Source: Alphaproteobacteria bacterium
GTDB lineage: Bacteria > Pseudomonadota > Alphaproteobacteria > CALKHQ01
Direction of reading: 5' to 3'
Assembly (NCBI GenBank): GCA_965227515.1
Contig: CBDDFZ010000001.1
Coordinates: forward strand, 160,001-224,000
Length of the DNA stretch: 64,000 nt
The position numbers were made by a program, and so were the translations under genes. The notes under the pieces were generated by a model. The model was not told the origin of the DNA. It did not search any database and saw only the letters and a program-made list of their open reading frames with translations. This document shows positions 9,791 to 20,626 of this stretch, in pieces. Positions within the stretch are counted from its first letter, which is position 1, and each line of letters opens with the position of its first letter.

Positions 9791-10490
9791 AGGCCGGGCG
9801 CGCGGTGCCGCGCCCCAGCGCCATCACCAGGCCGTTCACCGCCAGCGCGATCACGATCAGCACGACGCCAAGTCCGACGGCGAGCCCCAGATTGCCCTTC
9901 GAGGTCTCCAACGCGATGGTGGTGGTCATCACCCGCGTCACATGGTCGATGTTGCCGCCGACGATGATGACCGCCCCGACCTCGGCAATGGCACGGCCGA
10001 ACCCGGCCAGCGCCGCCGTCATCAACGGTGTGCGCGCGTCCCACAACAGGGTCGGCACCTGGCGCAGCGGGCCGATGCCCATGGCGCGGAGCTGCTCGTC
10101 GTACTCGGCGTGCATGGCGGCGATGACCTGGCGCGACAGCGCGACCACGATCGGCGTCACCAGGATCGCCTGGGCCACGATCATCGCGGTCGGCGTGTAG
10201 AGGAGCTGCAGCACGCCCAGCGGGCCGGCATTCGACAGCAAAAGGTAGACGCCGAGCCCGACCACCACTGGCGGCAGGCCCATAAGCGCGTTGAACACCA
10301 CCACAAGCGCGGTGCGGCCCGGGAAGCGCGCCACCGCCAGCAGCGCGCCGACCGGCATGCCGATGACGCACGCCACCGCGACCGCTGTCAACGTCACCCT
10401 GAGCGACAGCGCGACGATCTCCATGAGGTCGGCGTCGCCCGTGAAGATCAGGCTGAAAGCCGTGCCGAATGCCGCTCCGAAGTCCTGCAT
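9783..10490 (-). CDS. tupB: Tungstate ABC transporter permease
   Basis: LMGLPPVVVGL and FGRAIAEVGAVIIVGGNI..TRVMTT motifs. Confidence 0.9.
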   Translation of the reverse strand: MQDFGAAFGTAFSLIFTGDADLMEIVALSLRVTLTAVAVACVIGMPVGALLAVARFPGRTALVVVFNALMGLPPVVVGLGVYLLLSNAGPLGVLQLLYTPTAMIVAQAILVTPIVVALSRQVIAAMHAEYDEQLRAMGIGPLRQVPTLLWDARTPLMTAALAGFGRAIAEVGAVIIVGGNIDHVTRVMTTTIALETSKGNLGLAVGLGVVLIVIALAVNGLVMALGRGTARPAYG

Positions 10491-10679
10491 GGGCGCATTC
10501 TGTGCGCCATGGCTGGAGAAAACAACACAGAACGCATAATTACGACACAGCCTTCCGCTTGGTTGCCACAGGGGTCGGTGAAATGCGGCGAAGCGGCGCG
10601 GTCACCGCCGTCGACGGGCGGCACGCAACGCGAAATAGTTGCCGGCAAGCCACTCAACCAGACTGGAGGCCTGCGGGCG

Positions 10680-11024
10680 ATGCACAAGGACTGGACCGAA
10701 CTGACCGCAACCCTGTCCGCCGCGATGGCGGAGACCCGCAAGGGCATTCCGGAGACCACCAAGGCGTTCGGCGCGCTGGCCCAGGCCGCCACCGCGTCCG
10801 GCGCGCTCGATACCAAGACCAAGGAGCTGATCGCGCTCGCCATCTCCGTCGCGGTCCGCTGCGACGGCTGCGTCGGCTTCCACGCCAAGGCAGCGTGCAA
10901 GCAGAACGCCTCGCGCCAGGAGGTGCTGGAGACGATCGGGATGGCGATCTACATGGGCGGCGGGCCGTCGTTCATCTACGGCGCCCAGGCGCTGGAGGCG
11001 TTCGACCAGTTCAGCGACGGCTGA
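10680..11024 (+). CDS. Carboxymuconolactone decarboxylase/AhpD family protein
   Basis: LDTKTKELIALA..V..RCDGC..FH motif; GGAGG RBS. Confidence 0.85.
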   Translation: MHKDWTELTATLSAAMAETRKGIPETTKAFGALAQAATASGALDTKTKELIALAISVAVRCDGCVGFHAKAACKQNASRQEVLETIGMAIYMGGGPSFIYGAQALEAFDQFSDG

Positions 11025-11031
11025 GGTGGGA

Positions 11032-11158
11032 GTTGGCGTGGCGGCTACTCAGACGGCCGCCAGGAATATGGTGAAGCCGCCCGGACAAGCTCCAAACTAT
11101 TTGAGCGGTCGGCAAAGTAGGGTTGGCGTGGCGGCTACTTTGACGACCGCCGGAAATA

Positions 11159-11168
<10 letters not shown>
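11032..11168. repeat. tRNA-linked direct repeat (~47 bp, period 90) containing a degenerate copy of the tRNA-Ala 3' end
   Basis: GTTGGCGTGGCGGCTACT...AATATGGTG(A/G)AGCC at 11032-11078 and 11122-11168. Confidence 0.75.
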
Positions 11169-11234
<66 letters not shown>

Positions 11235-11356
11235 ATCCAGAATACGGCCGGCGTTTGGGGCACCGGCGCGGGGCATTCGGTTACGGTCTCGCTTCGCCGA
11301 ACGCAAGAAAAAAACGACGTATGGCCGCGCAGCACGCCTGCGCGATCCCGGTCGGA

Positions 11357-11770
11357 TCAGTTGGAATCGTCGTCGTCGTCGCCGATCGGCTCGACAATGT
11401 CGGACACCTCGTCGTCATCGTCGTCGTCCTCGATGGCGAAAATGTCGTCATCGTCGTCGTCGGTGTCGTCTTCAACGTCGTCGGCCACTTCCGGCAGATC
11501 GTCGTCGTCGTCGTCGGGCTTGGGCTTCTTGTCGGCTGGCTTCTTCGCCGTCTTCGACTCCTTCTCGGGCGCCGGCGCGGCGGTCTTCGCGGCCTCCGCC
11601 TCGGTGGCCGAGGTATCCGCGGTCGACCGCGAACGCCGGCCGCGCACCATGGCATCGGGGTCGAACTCGGTTTCGCAGCTTGGGCAAACGATGGGGCTGC
11701 GCTTCAGATCATAAAAACGCGCTCCACAGTTCTGGCACTGCCGTTTCGTACCCCACTCCGGACTTGCCAC
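11357..11770 (-). CDS. TIGR02300 / FYDLN-acid family protein
   Basis: WGTKRQCQNCGARFYDLK..PIVCPSC followed by an acidic tail; typical position divergent from aroA and next to tRNA-Ala. Confidence 0.9.
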   Translation of the reverse strand: MASPEWGTKRQCQNCGARFYDLKRSPIVCPSCETEFDPDAMVRGRRSRSTADTSATEAEAAKTAAPAPEKESKTAKKPADKKPKPDDDDDDLPEVADDVEDDTDDDDDDIFAIEDDDDDDEVSDIVEPIGDDDDDSN

Positions 11771-12164
11771 GCCGCCATCCTTTCCGTTGTGTTCATGTCA
11801 TCGACGGGTTGCCGCCGCTGCGCCGAGGCACCCTGCCTGTAAGGCGGTCACCGTTCCGGCGATTCGGCCTGCCGATCGGGACCGTCAAAACGCCGCCAAA
11901 CCTGGGACTGCCCCAGAGGTTTCCAAAGCGCCGGGCAACGCCGCAAGAAGGTGGCCGCGCCTGTTGCGTGGCCACCGCGTGATTCGGCCCGTGCGTGTGC
12001 CATGATCGCCATGGCCTGTCAAAGCCTAATCGCTCCGTTTCGCACCCGGCGCGACGCAGCCAATTGCCGCCTTGCGCATGGTCGCGACTATGGTATGGGT
12101 CGCCCGCCGCCAAATCGCATGCCTTCCGCGGCACACCCTGCCCGCCCCGTTCGGAGACGACAGC

Positions 12165-13523
12165 TTGTCCGCAGCCCATGCCCCCGACGCTTCTGGCGAC
12201 CGCCTGCGCGCGGCGCAGTCCGGCCCGCTGACCGGCGCCATCGCGGTCCCCGGCGACAAGTCGACATCGCACCGCGCGCTGATGTTCGGCGCGGTTTCGG
12301 TCGGCCGCACCACGGTGACCGGGCTGCTGGAGGGCGAGGACGTGCTGGCGACGGCCGCGGCGATGCGCGCGCTCGGCGCCGACGTCAACCGCACCGGCCC
12401 CGGCGCGTGGACGGTCGATGGCCTGGGTGTCGGCGGCCTGGTCGAGCCGGACCGGGTGCTCGATCTCGGCAACTCGGGCACCGCCGTCCGCCTGATGATC
12501 GGGCTGGTTGCGAGCCACCCGATCACCACCTTCTTCACCGGCGATGCGTCCCTGTGCTCGCGGCCGATGCGCCGGGTGACCGATCCGCTGGCCGCCTGCG
12601 GCGCGCAGTTCATCGGCCGTGCAGGCGGGCTGCTGCCGATGGCGGTGATCGGCGCCGCCGACCCGCTGCCCATCGAATACGAGCTGCCGGTCGCCTCCGC
12701 CCAGGTGAAGTCGGCGGTGCTGCTGGCCGGGCTCAACGCGCCCGGCACCACGACGGTGATCGAGCGGGCGCCAACCCGCGACCACACCGAGCGGATGCTG
12801 CGCCACTTCGGGGCCGAGATCGAGACCACGGTGGAGAACGGCGTGTCGACCGTTCGCCTGACCGGGCAGCCGGAACTGACCGGCCAGACGGTGGAGGTAC
12901 CGGCGGACCCGTCGTCGGCCGCGTTTCCGACCGTTGCCGCCCTGCTGGTCCCGGGCTCGCGGGTGGAGATTGCCGGGGTCGGCCAGAACCCGACCCGCGA
13001 CGGTCTCTACCGCACCCTGGCGGACATGGGCGCCGACATCGTGGCCGCGAACCCGCGCGAGGTGGCGGGCGAGCCGGTCGCCGACCTCGTGGTGTCGCAC
13101 GGCGACCTGAAGGGCGTCGACGTGCCGCCGGACCGCGCGCCCTCGATGATCGACGAATACCCGATCCTGGCGGTGGCGGCCGCGTTCGCCAGTGGCACCA
13201 CCCGCATGCGCGGCCTGGCCGAACTCAGGGTGAAGGAGTCCGACCGGCTGACCGCGACGTTCGAGGGACTGAAGGCCTGCGGCGCCGACGTCCGCATCGA
13301 GGGTGACGACCTGATCGTCACCGGCACCGGACGCCCGCCGGCCGGCGGTGCCGCCATCCACAGCAATTTGGACCACCGGATCGCCATGAGCTTCCTGGTC
13401 ATGGGGCTCGCCAGCGCCGCGCCCATCGAGGTCATCGGGGCGGCCACCATGGACACGAGCTTCCCCGGCTTCGCCGACACCATGCGCGCGGCCGGCGCGA
13501 GCATCAGCGCGGTTGAAGGTTGA
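12165..13523 (+). CDS. aroA: 3-phosphoshikimate 1-carboxyvinyltransferase (EPSP synthase)
   Basis: [48 protein letters not shown]; TTG start inferred from a GGAGA RBS. Confidence 0.96.
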   Translation: MSAAHAPDASGDRLRAAQSGPLTGAIAVPGDKSTSHRALMFGAVSVGRTTVTGLLEGEDVLATAAAMRALGADVNRTGPGAWTVDGLGVGGLVEPDRVLDLGNSGTAVRLMIGLVASHPITTFFTGDASLCSRPMRRVTDPLAACGAQFIGRAGGLLPMAVIGAADPLPIEYELPVASAQVKSAVLLAGLNAPGTTTVIERAPTRDHTERMLRHFGAEIETTVENGVSTVRLTGQPELTGQTVEVPADPSSAAFPTVAALLVPGSRVEIAGVGQNPTRDGLYRTLADMGADIVAANPREVAGEPVADLVVSHGDLKGVDVPPDRAPSMIDEYPILAVAAAFASGTTRMRGLAELRVKESDRLTATFEGLKACGADVRIEGDDLIVTGTGRPPAGGAAIHSNLDHRIAMSFLVMGLASAAPIEVIGAATMDTSFPGFADTMRAAGASISAVEG

Positions 13524-13546
13524 TGGCGCGCCATTTTCTTTTTGCC

Positions 13547-13645
13547 GCTTACGCGGAGTCTGCGCCAGCCCTCACCCCCACCCGGCCACCCAGCAATCAT
13601 ACTGTCGTTGGGTGGCCGGGTGGGGGTGAGGGCCGGTGCCGACTT
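13547..13645. repeat. Internal hairpin core of the 122-bp MITE family, without the TA-flanked termini
   Basis: GCTTACGC..AGTCTGCGCCAGCC...GGCCGGTGCCGACTT matches 1096-1192 (inverted) and 26680-26778. Confidence 0.75.
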
Positions 13646-13668
13646 GCCGTCAGGCGACGCAAGTCATA

Positions 13669-14319
13669 ATGCCCGTCATTGCCATCGACGGCCCTGCCGC
13701 CTCCGGCAAGGGCACGCTGGCCCGCCGGCTGGCCGAACATTTCGGCTTCGCGCACCTGGACACCGGCAAGCTCTACCGCGCGGTCGGGCGCGCGGTGCTG
13801 GACCGGGGCGGCGACCCCAGCGACCCGGAGACGGCCTGCGAAGCGGCGCGCGCGCTGGATTTGACCGCCCTGGACGACCCCGCCCTGCTGGGCGAAGGCG
13901 TCGGCGGGGCTGCATCGCAAGTGGCCGCGATTCCGGAGGTACGCGCCATCCTGGTCGACGCCCAACGCCGGTTCGCGCACCAGCCGCCCGGCGGCGCAAA
14001 GGGCGCCGTGCTGGACGGCCGCGACATCGGCACCGTCATCTGCCCGGACGCCGAGGCCAAGCTTTTCGTCACCTGCGATGTCGAGATTCGTGCGAAACGG
14101 CGCTTCGACGAGTTGCGGGGACGCGGCGAAAGCGTTATATACGCAGCCGTTTTGGAGGATCTGCAGATACGTGACGCGCGCGATGCCGGTCGATCGGTGG
14201 CGCCGTTGCACCCCGCTCAGGACGCTGAGCACCTTGATACGACCAATATGACCGCCGATGACGCGTTCGACAGCGCGCTCGGCATCGTCACCGCCAAGCT
14301 GGCTGACAGCCTGGACTGA
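13669..14319 (+). CDS. cmk: Cytidylate kinase
   Basis: IAIDGPAASGKGT, LDTGKLYRA and LDGRDIGTVICPDA motifs. Confidence 0.96.
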   Translation: MPVIAIDGPAASGKGTLARRLAEHFGFAHLDTGKLYRAVGRAVLDRGGDPSDPETACEAARALDLTALDDPALLGEGVGGAASQVAAIPEVRAILVDAQRRFAHQPPGGAKGAVLDGRDIGTVICPDAEAKLFVTCDVEIRAKRRFDELRGRGESVIYAAVLEDLQIRDARDAGRSVAPLHPAQDAEHLDTTNMTADDAFDSALGIVTAKLADSLD

Positions 14320-14461
14320 ACACCCCTCCGAAGCCTGCGAAACGGCGCCACTGGCGTCATGAGCGGACGGTACCGCATGCCGCGGTGCCGGCGATTTGGA
14401 CCATGTGAAGACCGCCGGACACAACCGGCTGGCCGGAACACGAAGATTGAGAAAGGTACTT

Positions 14462-16270
14462 ATGAGCGCACAGGCCGCATCCTCTCCCGATACATCCGTG
14501 GACGACGACACCGACGAGACCGCCGTGGCGGACGCCGGCGCCGCGACCGGACGAACCACCGATGAAGACTTCGCCTCGCTGCTGGCGGAATCGCTGGAAA
14601 CCCAATCCGACTTTGAAGGCACCGTGGTGCACGGCACCGTGGTCAATGTCGACGACGACAGCGTGCTGGTCGACGTCGGCCTGAAGTCCGAAGGCCGGGT
14701 GGCGCTGAAGGAGTTCATGGAGGACGGCGAGGCCGTCGAGCTGAGCGTCGGCGACACCGTCGAGGTCTTCGTCGAGCGCATGGAAGACCGCAACGGCGAG
14801 GCCGTGCTGTCGCGCGAGAAGGCGAAGCGCGAGGAGACCTGGGACAAGCTGGAAGAGCAGTTCAACAATTCCGAGCGGGTCAACGGCCAGATCTTCGGCC
14901 GCGTGAAGGGCGGCTTCACCGTCGACCTGAACGGCGCCGTGGCGTTCCTGCCAGGCAGCCAGGTCGACATTCGCCCGGTCCGCGACGTGACCCCGCTGAT
15001 GCACACCAAGCAGCCGTTCCAGATCCTGAAGATGGACCGGCCGCGCGGCAACATCGTCGTCTCCCGCCGGGCCGTGCTGGAAGAGACCCGCGCCGAGCAG
15101 CGCTCCGAGCTGGTGGCCAACCTGAAGGAAGGCCAGATCCTGCAGGGCGTGGTGAAGAACATCACCGACTACGGCGCGTTCGTCGACCTGGGCGGCGTGG
15201 ACGGCCTGCTTCACGTGACCGACATCGCGTGGCGGCGCATCAATCACCCGACCGAGGCGCTGCAGATCGGCCAGACCGTCAAGGTGCAGGTCATCCGCTT
15301 CAACCCGGAAAACCAGCGCATCTCGCTGGGCATGAAGCAGCTTGAGGCCGACCCCTGGGAGGGCGTGGCCGCCAAGTACCCGATCGGCGCCAAGTACAAT
15401 GGCCGTGTCACCAACATCACCGACTACGGCGCGTTCGTGGAGCTGGAGCCGGGCATCGAGGGCCTGGTCCACGTCTCCGAGATGAGCTGGACCAAGAAGA
15501 ACGTCCACCCCGGCAAGATCGTGTCGACCAGCCAGGAAGTCGAAGTGATGGTGCTGGACGTCGACCCGAACAAGCGGCGGATCAGCCTGGGCCTGAAGCA
15601 GTGCCTGGCCAATCCGTGGGAAACCTTCGCCGAGACCCACCCGATCGGTACCGAGGTCGAGGGCGAGATCAAGAACATCACCGAGTTCGGCCTGTTCGTC
15701 GGCCTGCCCGGCGAGATCGACGGCATGGTGCACATGACCGACATCTCGTGGGAGAAGTCGGGCGAGGAGGCGATTGCCGAGCACGACAAGGGCGACGTGG
15801 TGAAGTGCAAGGTGCTGGACGTCGATGTCGACAAGGAGCGCATCTCGCTCGGCATCAAGCAGCTCGCCGAGGATCCGTTCGAGCGCAGCTCGGGCGAAAT
15901 TCGCAAGGGCGCCATCGTCACCGGCACCGTCTCGGCGATCCTGGACAACGCCATCGAGGTGGAAGTCGCGGAGGGCCTGACTGGCACCATCCGCAAGTCC
16001 GACCTGGCGCGCGAGCGTGCCGAGCAGCGTCCGGACCGCTTCGCCGTCGGCGAGAAGGTGGACGCCAAGGTCACCCAGTTCGACCGTTCCAGCCGCAAGC
16101 TGATGCTCTCCATCAAGGCGCGCGAGGTCGACGAAGACAAGGCGGCGATGGCGCAGTTCGGCTCGTCCGACAGCGGCGCGTCGCTGGGCGACATCCTGGG
16201 CGCCGCGCTGAGCAAGAAGCAGGCGGAGCAGGAAGAAGCCGCCGACGCCGAGAATTCGGACGACAGCTAG
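14462..16270 (+). CDS. rpsA: 30S ribosomal protein S1
   Basis: Repeated S1 domains (VKNITDYGAFVDLGGVDGLLH and similar); cmk-rpsA synteny. Confidence 0.98.
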   Translation: MSAQAASSPDTSVDDDTDETAVADAGAATGRTTDEDFASLLAESLETQSDFEGTVVHGTVVNVDDDSVLVDVGLKSEGRVALKEFMEDGEAVELSVGDTVEVFVERMEDRNGEAVLSREKAKREETWDKLEEQFNNSERVNGQIFGRVKGGFTVDLNGAVAFLPGSQVDIRPVRDVTPLMHTKQPFQILKMDRPRGNIVVSRRAVLEETRAEQRSELVANLKEGQILQGVVKNITDYGAFVDLGGVDGLLHVTDIAWRRINHPTEALQIGQTVKVQVIRFNPENQRISLGMKQLEADPWEGVAAKYPIGAKYNGRVTNITDYGAFVELEPGIEGLVHVSEMSWTKKNVHPGKIVSTSQEVEVMVLDVDPNKRRISLGLKQCLANPWETFAETHPIGTEVEGEIKNITEFGLFVGLPGEIDGMVHMTDISWEKSGEEAIAEHDKGDVVKCKVLDVDVDKERISLGIKQLAEDPFERSSGEIRKGAIVTGTVSAILDNAIEVEVAEGLTGTIRKSDLARERAEQRPDRFAVGEKVDAKVTQFDRSSRKLMLSIKAREVDEDKAAMAQFGSSDSGASLGDILGAALSKKQAEQEEAADAENSDDS

Positions 16271-16510
16271 GATCTGACCACATCCCGGCGGTGGCCTCGC
16301 CTGGGGCCGCCGCTGGGCAATTTCCCCAGCTTTCCATAATGCCGGCCCGGCGCCGTCGCGCCGGTCGCACGGCTTTGTGAACCTTTCGGGTCTCCGCACA
16401 GCGCATGTTGTGCGGACGCGGGCTCTCTTGTATCTAGTGACCACGCGATTCGAGGGTCGCGCTCCGGTGCGACTCCCGGGCCGTTCTGTGGCTAGGGGAG
16501 GCCGCCGGAT

Positions 16511-17068
16511 ATGTCGCCAGCCGACAATCCTGCCTTGGTGCTGAACGCGGACTTTCGTCCGCTGAGCTACTATCCGCTTTCGCTATGGCATTGGCAGGAT
16601 GCCGTGAAGGCCGTGGTGCTGGACCGGGTCAACGTGGTCGCGGAGTATGACCACAAGGTCCACTCGCCCTCCTTCGAAATGGCCCTGCCGAGTGTGATCT
16701 CGCTGAAGGAGTTCGTTGCCACCTCGCGGCGGCCGGCGTTCACCCGGTTCAACGTGTTCCTGCGCGACCACTTCACCTGCCAGTATTGCGGCGAGAACTT
16801 TCCGAGCCCGGACCTGACCTTCGACCACGTGGTGCCGCGGTCTCGCGGCGGCTTGACCACGTGGCAGAACGTCGTCACCGCCTGCGCATCGTGCAACTTG
16901 CGCAAGGGCAGCCGGACGCTGCGCGACAGCGGCATGGACCTGCTCAACCACCCGATCGAGCCGTCGCACTTCCAGCTCCAGGACCACGGGCGCTGCTATC
17001 CACCGAACTTCCTGCACCAGAGCTGGAATGACTTCCTGTACTGGGACAGCGAGCTGGAAACCGACTGA
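16511..17068 (+). CDS. HNH endonuclease (McrA/HNH_5-like, conserved alphaproteobacterial type)
   Basis: LVLNADFRPL, RDHFTCQYCG, TFDHVVPRSRGG and NVVTACASCN motifs. Confidence 0.88.
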   Translation: MSPADNPALVLNADFRPLSYYPLSLWHWQDAVKAVVLDRVNVVAEYDHKVHSPSFEMALPSVISLKEFVATSRRPAFTRFNVFLRDHFTCQYCGENFPSPDLTFDHVVPRSRGGLTTWQNVVTACASCNLRKGSRTLRDSGMDLLNHPIEPSHFQLQDHGRCYPPNFLHQSWNDFLYWDSELETD

Positions 17069-17326
17069 AGCCGGCCCGGCGGCGCGCCCGGATCGGTCGT
17101 CGGCACTGCCATGCCACGCTTGACCCGCTGGCAGGGGGGCCGATCACAGTAATATTTGTGCTAAATGCATATCACTTGCGCAACTTGTTGGTTCAGGTAA
17201 GGAATTGTGCACCTCAATCACGTTGCATGGGCCCGATACCTGTGCGAGGGCGTGCTTGGGGATGCAGCCGGAAGGATCGTGTTGCCGCATTTCGCACCGG
17301 AACGTCTGTTGAGCAAGACTTCTGGC

Positions 17327-19429
17327 ATGACCATCGTTCGAACTGTTTCTTGGGTCGGGTTGGCCGCATTGGGTGCCGTGATCGGTCGCCGCAATGCGCG
17401 GAGCGCCGTCTTTGCCGCGACCTTGTCGGCAGGGGGCCTGATTGAAGCCGGCTACGCCCAGACCAATGAGCCGGCACCCGGCGATGAAATGTCCACGCTC
17501 AGGGTTGGCTACACCGAGTTCCGGCCATATTCCTTCACCGACGGGCTTGGCACCGCGCAGGGCTACTCAATCGACCTGATTCGGCATCTCGCAGAGAGCC
17601 AGGGCTATGCGCTGGAGTTTGTTCCAGGGGGTAATCCGGGCCGGGTCCTCGACCTGCTGGCCCAGGGTGCCATCGACGTCACGACGCTGCTGGCGCAGAC
17701 GCCGGGCCGCCAGGAAATCGGAGCGTACACGGCAGCCGTCGGCACACTCACCGTGGACCTTATGGTCGCGTCCGATTCTCCATATCAGTCCCCGGCCGAC
17801 CTGGCCGGTCGCCAAGTCGCGGTGACCGCCGGTTCCGCCGGTGTGCCTGCGGCCGCCCTTATCGACGGCGCCATCGTGGTTGAGTTCCAGCGCAACGCCG
17901 AGTTGCTTATCGCCTTGCTGTCCGGCGAGGTGGACGGCGTGGTGGCGCCACGCGAGACTTTCCTGGCCAGCGCGCGCGCAGCCGGGGTCGAGGACCGGCT
18001 TCGCGTTCTGGGCGATGCCCTGCTGGAACGGCCCCGCGGCTTCATGGTGCGGTTCGACCGCCCCGAGGTGCTGGCCGACCTGAACCAGGCGATCGACACG
18101 GTGTTGACCGAGGAATTGCTGCAACGGACCCACGAGCGCTGGTTCGGCGCCCCGTACTCGATCTTCAACGACCCGAAACTCGCCTGGTACATTGCCGGCG
18201 CCATGCTGCTTGCCGCATGCGTCGCGTTTGCCGGCGGCTGGGCATGGCTGGCGCGGCAGCGCGGCCGTATCGCGGCTCGGGAAGCCAAGGCGAACGCCGA
18301 GTTGATCGATGCCTTGGACTCTATCGACCTTGCGGTTATCCTGTTCGACCGGGACAAACGCGCCACCCGGTGGAGTAGTGCGATCCAGCGCAACGCGCCG
18401 AAGCTTGTCCCCGTGTTGGAGGCCGGCGCGTCGATGCGCGACGTCATAATCGCTGCGCGCACGAACGGATCGGTCGTTCCGGCGGTGACCATGGAGAAGG
18501 CCACCCAGTACGCAGACGAGGTTGTCGCCACGGTGGACGCAGGCGAGGTCGCCTCGCGAACCGCCCAGTTGGCCGACGGGCGATTCTTCGAAGCCCGCGA
18601 CTTCCGCATAAGCGACGACATCTATGCGTCGGTGCGCACTGACATCACTCAACTTGAACGGCAGGCTGCCGAAATCCGGCTCAAGAACGACCAGCTCACC
18701 CACGCGGTGCAGCAGCTGGAGGGCTTCTGCAGCGTCGCGGCGCACGACATCCGCGCGCCACTGCGGTCGCAGAAGGCGCTGATCGACTGGATCAAGGAGG
18801 AGTTGTCGCCGTTCGAGGGCACGACGCCGAAGCCGGTGTTCGACTGTCTGAGCAATCTGGACATGCTGTCCGACCGGCTGTCGGCCCTGGTTGACGACCT
18901 GCTCACCTACGCACGGGCCGACACCTTGAACGCACAGGTGGAGGCATTCGATCCCGCCACGCGCCTGCCCAACATCCTGGCGATGTCAGGCATTCCGGAC
19001 GCGTTTGACGTCTCGATTGCCGACGACCTGCCGCCGATTGCCGTCAACCCAACCGCTTTCGACATCGTCGTGCGCAATCTGTTGTCCAATGCCGTTCGGC
19101 ATCATGACGAAAAGGCTGGGCGGATCGCATTGCGCGGCCGCATCGAGGATGGGGTCGCAGTGTTCGAGATCGAGGACGATGGCCCCGGTATTCCGGAGGA
19201 ATTCCGCGACCAGGTCTTCGAACCGTTCAAGAAACTGAAGACCCGGCAGGAAGGCGGCGGCTCCGGCCTGGGCCTCGCCTTCGTGCGGCGCACGGTGGAA
19301 GGATGGGGCGGCCGCGTGCTGGTGACGTGCCCGCAGGCGCGCGGCAGTGTGTTCCGGTTCACAGCCCCGGCGCCGTCCGCATCCGAAATTGAGCCTCCGG
19401 CCGCAACAGCGGAAGACCGGGCCGCCTGA
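17327..19429 (+). CDS. Sensor histidine kinase with a periplasmic amino-acid-binding (SBP family 3) domain and a PAS-like domain
   Basis: GYSIDL SBP motif, a TM helix, H-box AHDIRAPL, N-box NLLSNA, DDGPGI, GSGLGL; start uncertain (17207 possible). Confidence 0.85.
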   Translation: MTIVRTVSWVGLAALGAVIGRRNARSAVFAATLSAGGLIEAGYAQTNEPAPGDEMSTLRVGYTEFRPYSFTDGLGTAQGYSIDLIRHLAESQGYALEFVPGGNPGRVLDLLAQGAIDVTTLLAQTPGRQEIGAYTAAVGTLTVDLMVASDSPYQSPADLAGRQVAVTAGSAGVPAAALIDGAIVVEFQRNAELLIALLSGEVDGVVAPRETFLASARAAGVEDRLRVLGDALLERPRGFMVRFDRPEVLADLNQAIDTVLTEELLQRTHERWFGAPYSIFNDPKLAWYIAGAMLLAACVAFAGGWAWLARQRGRIAAREAKANAELIDALDSIDLAVILFDRDKRATRWSSAIQRNAPKLVPVLEAGASMRDVIIAARTNGSVVPAVTMEKATQYADEVVATVDAGEVASRTAQLADGRFFEARDFRISDDIYASVRTDITQLERQAAEIRLKNDQLTHAVQQLEGFCSVAAHDIRAPLRSQKALIDWIKEELSPFEGTTPKPVFDCLSNLDMLSDRLSALVDDLLTYARADTLNAQVEAFDPATRLPNILAMSGIPDAFDVSIADDLPPIAVNPTAFDIVVRNLLSNAVRHHDEKAGRIALRGRIEDGVAVFEIEDDGPGIPEEFRDQVFEPFKKLKTRQEGGGSGLGLAFVRRTVEGWGGRVLVTCPQARGSVFRFTAPAPSASEIEPPAATAEDRAA

Positions 19430-19487
19430 TCGTTAGACCAGGACCACCTGGCGCCAACTCAAGCGACCATACTGTAGCAGGCCGATT

Positions 19488-20543
19488 CTATGCGACCGGC
19501 GTCGGCAGTTCGCCCGCCCGTGCACCGGCCGCCTTGCGCAGGCCCTCGATGATGCCCGGATAGAGCTCCAACCCATCGGCGAGAGCGGCACGCTTTCGCG
19601 CGGCGGCATTCTGCCCCGGCAGGCGCACGGCCTCCACGCCCGGGCGCGGCGGGTTGGTACGACAGGCGTCAGCCAGCCAGCCGGTCTGGCGCAGGAATGC
19701 ATCGCTGCCGGCGAACGCCGACGGGTCCAGCACCTGCACGAACACGTTGGCGCCCCAGCCCTCCGGCGGATCGGCCCGGCCGTGGCCGGCCAGCGCCTGG
19801 GTCATCGCCTCGATCATCAGCGCCAGGCCATAGCCCTTGTGGCCGTGGTCGAGACCGCCGATGGGCAGGATCGAGCCCGGCGGCTCGCTGAACACGACGT
19901 TCGGGTCGTCGGTCGGATTACCGTCGGCATCGAGCAGCCATTCGTGCGGCATCGGCTCGCCGGCGGCGCGCAGGCGCCCGCTCATGCCGTTGGTGGTGAT
20001 CGAGGCGCTGATGTCGATCAGGATCGGATCGCCGGGCGTCGGGATGCCGACGGCGATGGGGTCCGGCGTATAGATCGGCTTGCGCCCGCCATAGGGGGCG
20101 ACCGAGGCGGCGGACGGGTCGGAGGATGACAGGATCAGCATCATGCCGGCATCGGTCGCACGCGGCAGGAAGGCCGCCAGGCAGGCGATATGGTGGGCGC
20201 GGCGAATGGCGATGGTCGCCGTGCCGTGATCGCGGGCGCGCGCGACCGCGGTGTCGATGGCATGCGCCGTCAGCCAGACGCCGGGCAGGCGATGGCCGTC
20301 CCAGGTCGCGACCGCCCCTCGGTCTGAGACGATTTCGGGATCGCCCTCCGCGCGCATCTTGCCCTCGGCCAGCGCGCCCAGATATCCGGGCGCAAGCTGC
20401 AGGCCGTGCGTGGTGTGGCCCATCAGGTCGGCCTCCACCAGCAACTCGGCAATCGTGCGCGCGCGGTCGGGCGCGACGCCGGCATCGGCGAACAGCGCCG
20501 CCGTGAAATCGATCAGGTCGGCGGCACGGTAACGATCGGACAT
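19488..20543 (-). CDS. Ldh_2 family (malate/L-lactate/ureidoglycolate) oxidoreductase
   Basis: EADLMGHTTHGL, HKGYGLA and VRLPG motifs. Confidence 0.88.
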   Translation of the reverse strand: MSDRYRAADLIDFTAALFADAGVAPDRARTIAELLVEADLMGHTTHGLQLAPGYLGALAEGKMRAEGDPEIVSDRGAVATWDGHRLPGVWLTAHAIDTAVARARDHGTATIAIRRAHHIACLAAFLPRATDAGMMLILSSSDPSAASVAPYGGRKPIYTPDPIAVGIPTPGDPILIDISASITTNGMSGRLRAAGEPMPHEWLLDADGNPTDDPNVVFSEPPGSILPIGGLDHGHKGYGLALMIEAMTQALAGHGRADPPEGWGANVFVQVLDPSAFAGSDAFLRQTGWLADACRTNPPRPGVEAVRLPGQNAAARKRAALADGLELYPGIIEGLRKAAGARAGELPTPVA

Positions 20544-20626
20544 GGGTCCTCCCAAAGGCGGTGAATCGAGCCGGAACAGCCAGGGCTCCGCAGCCAGGTA
20601 CTTCTACCGGTGCGGCGGCCGCCAGG

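Noticed and set aside
11357-11530. (TCG)n-rich tract as a DNA repeat element
   Set aside because: It encodes the normal poly-Asp tail of the FYDLN-acid protein.
16511-17068. HNH gene after rpsA as a mobile, defence or IscB-like nuclease
   Set aside because: It has host-like GC, no RuvC motifs and no flanking element ends, and it resembles the widespread stand-alone alphaproteobacterial HNH family.
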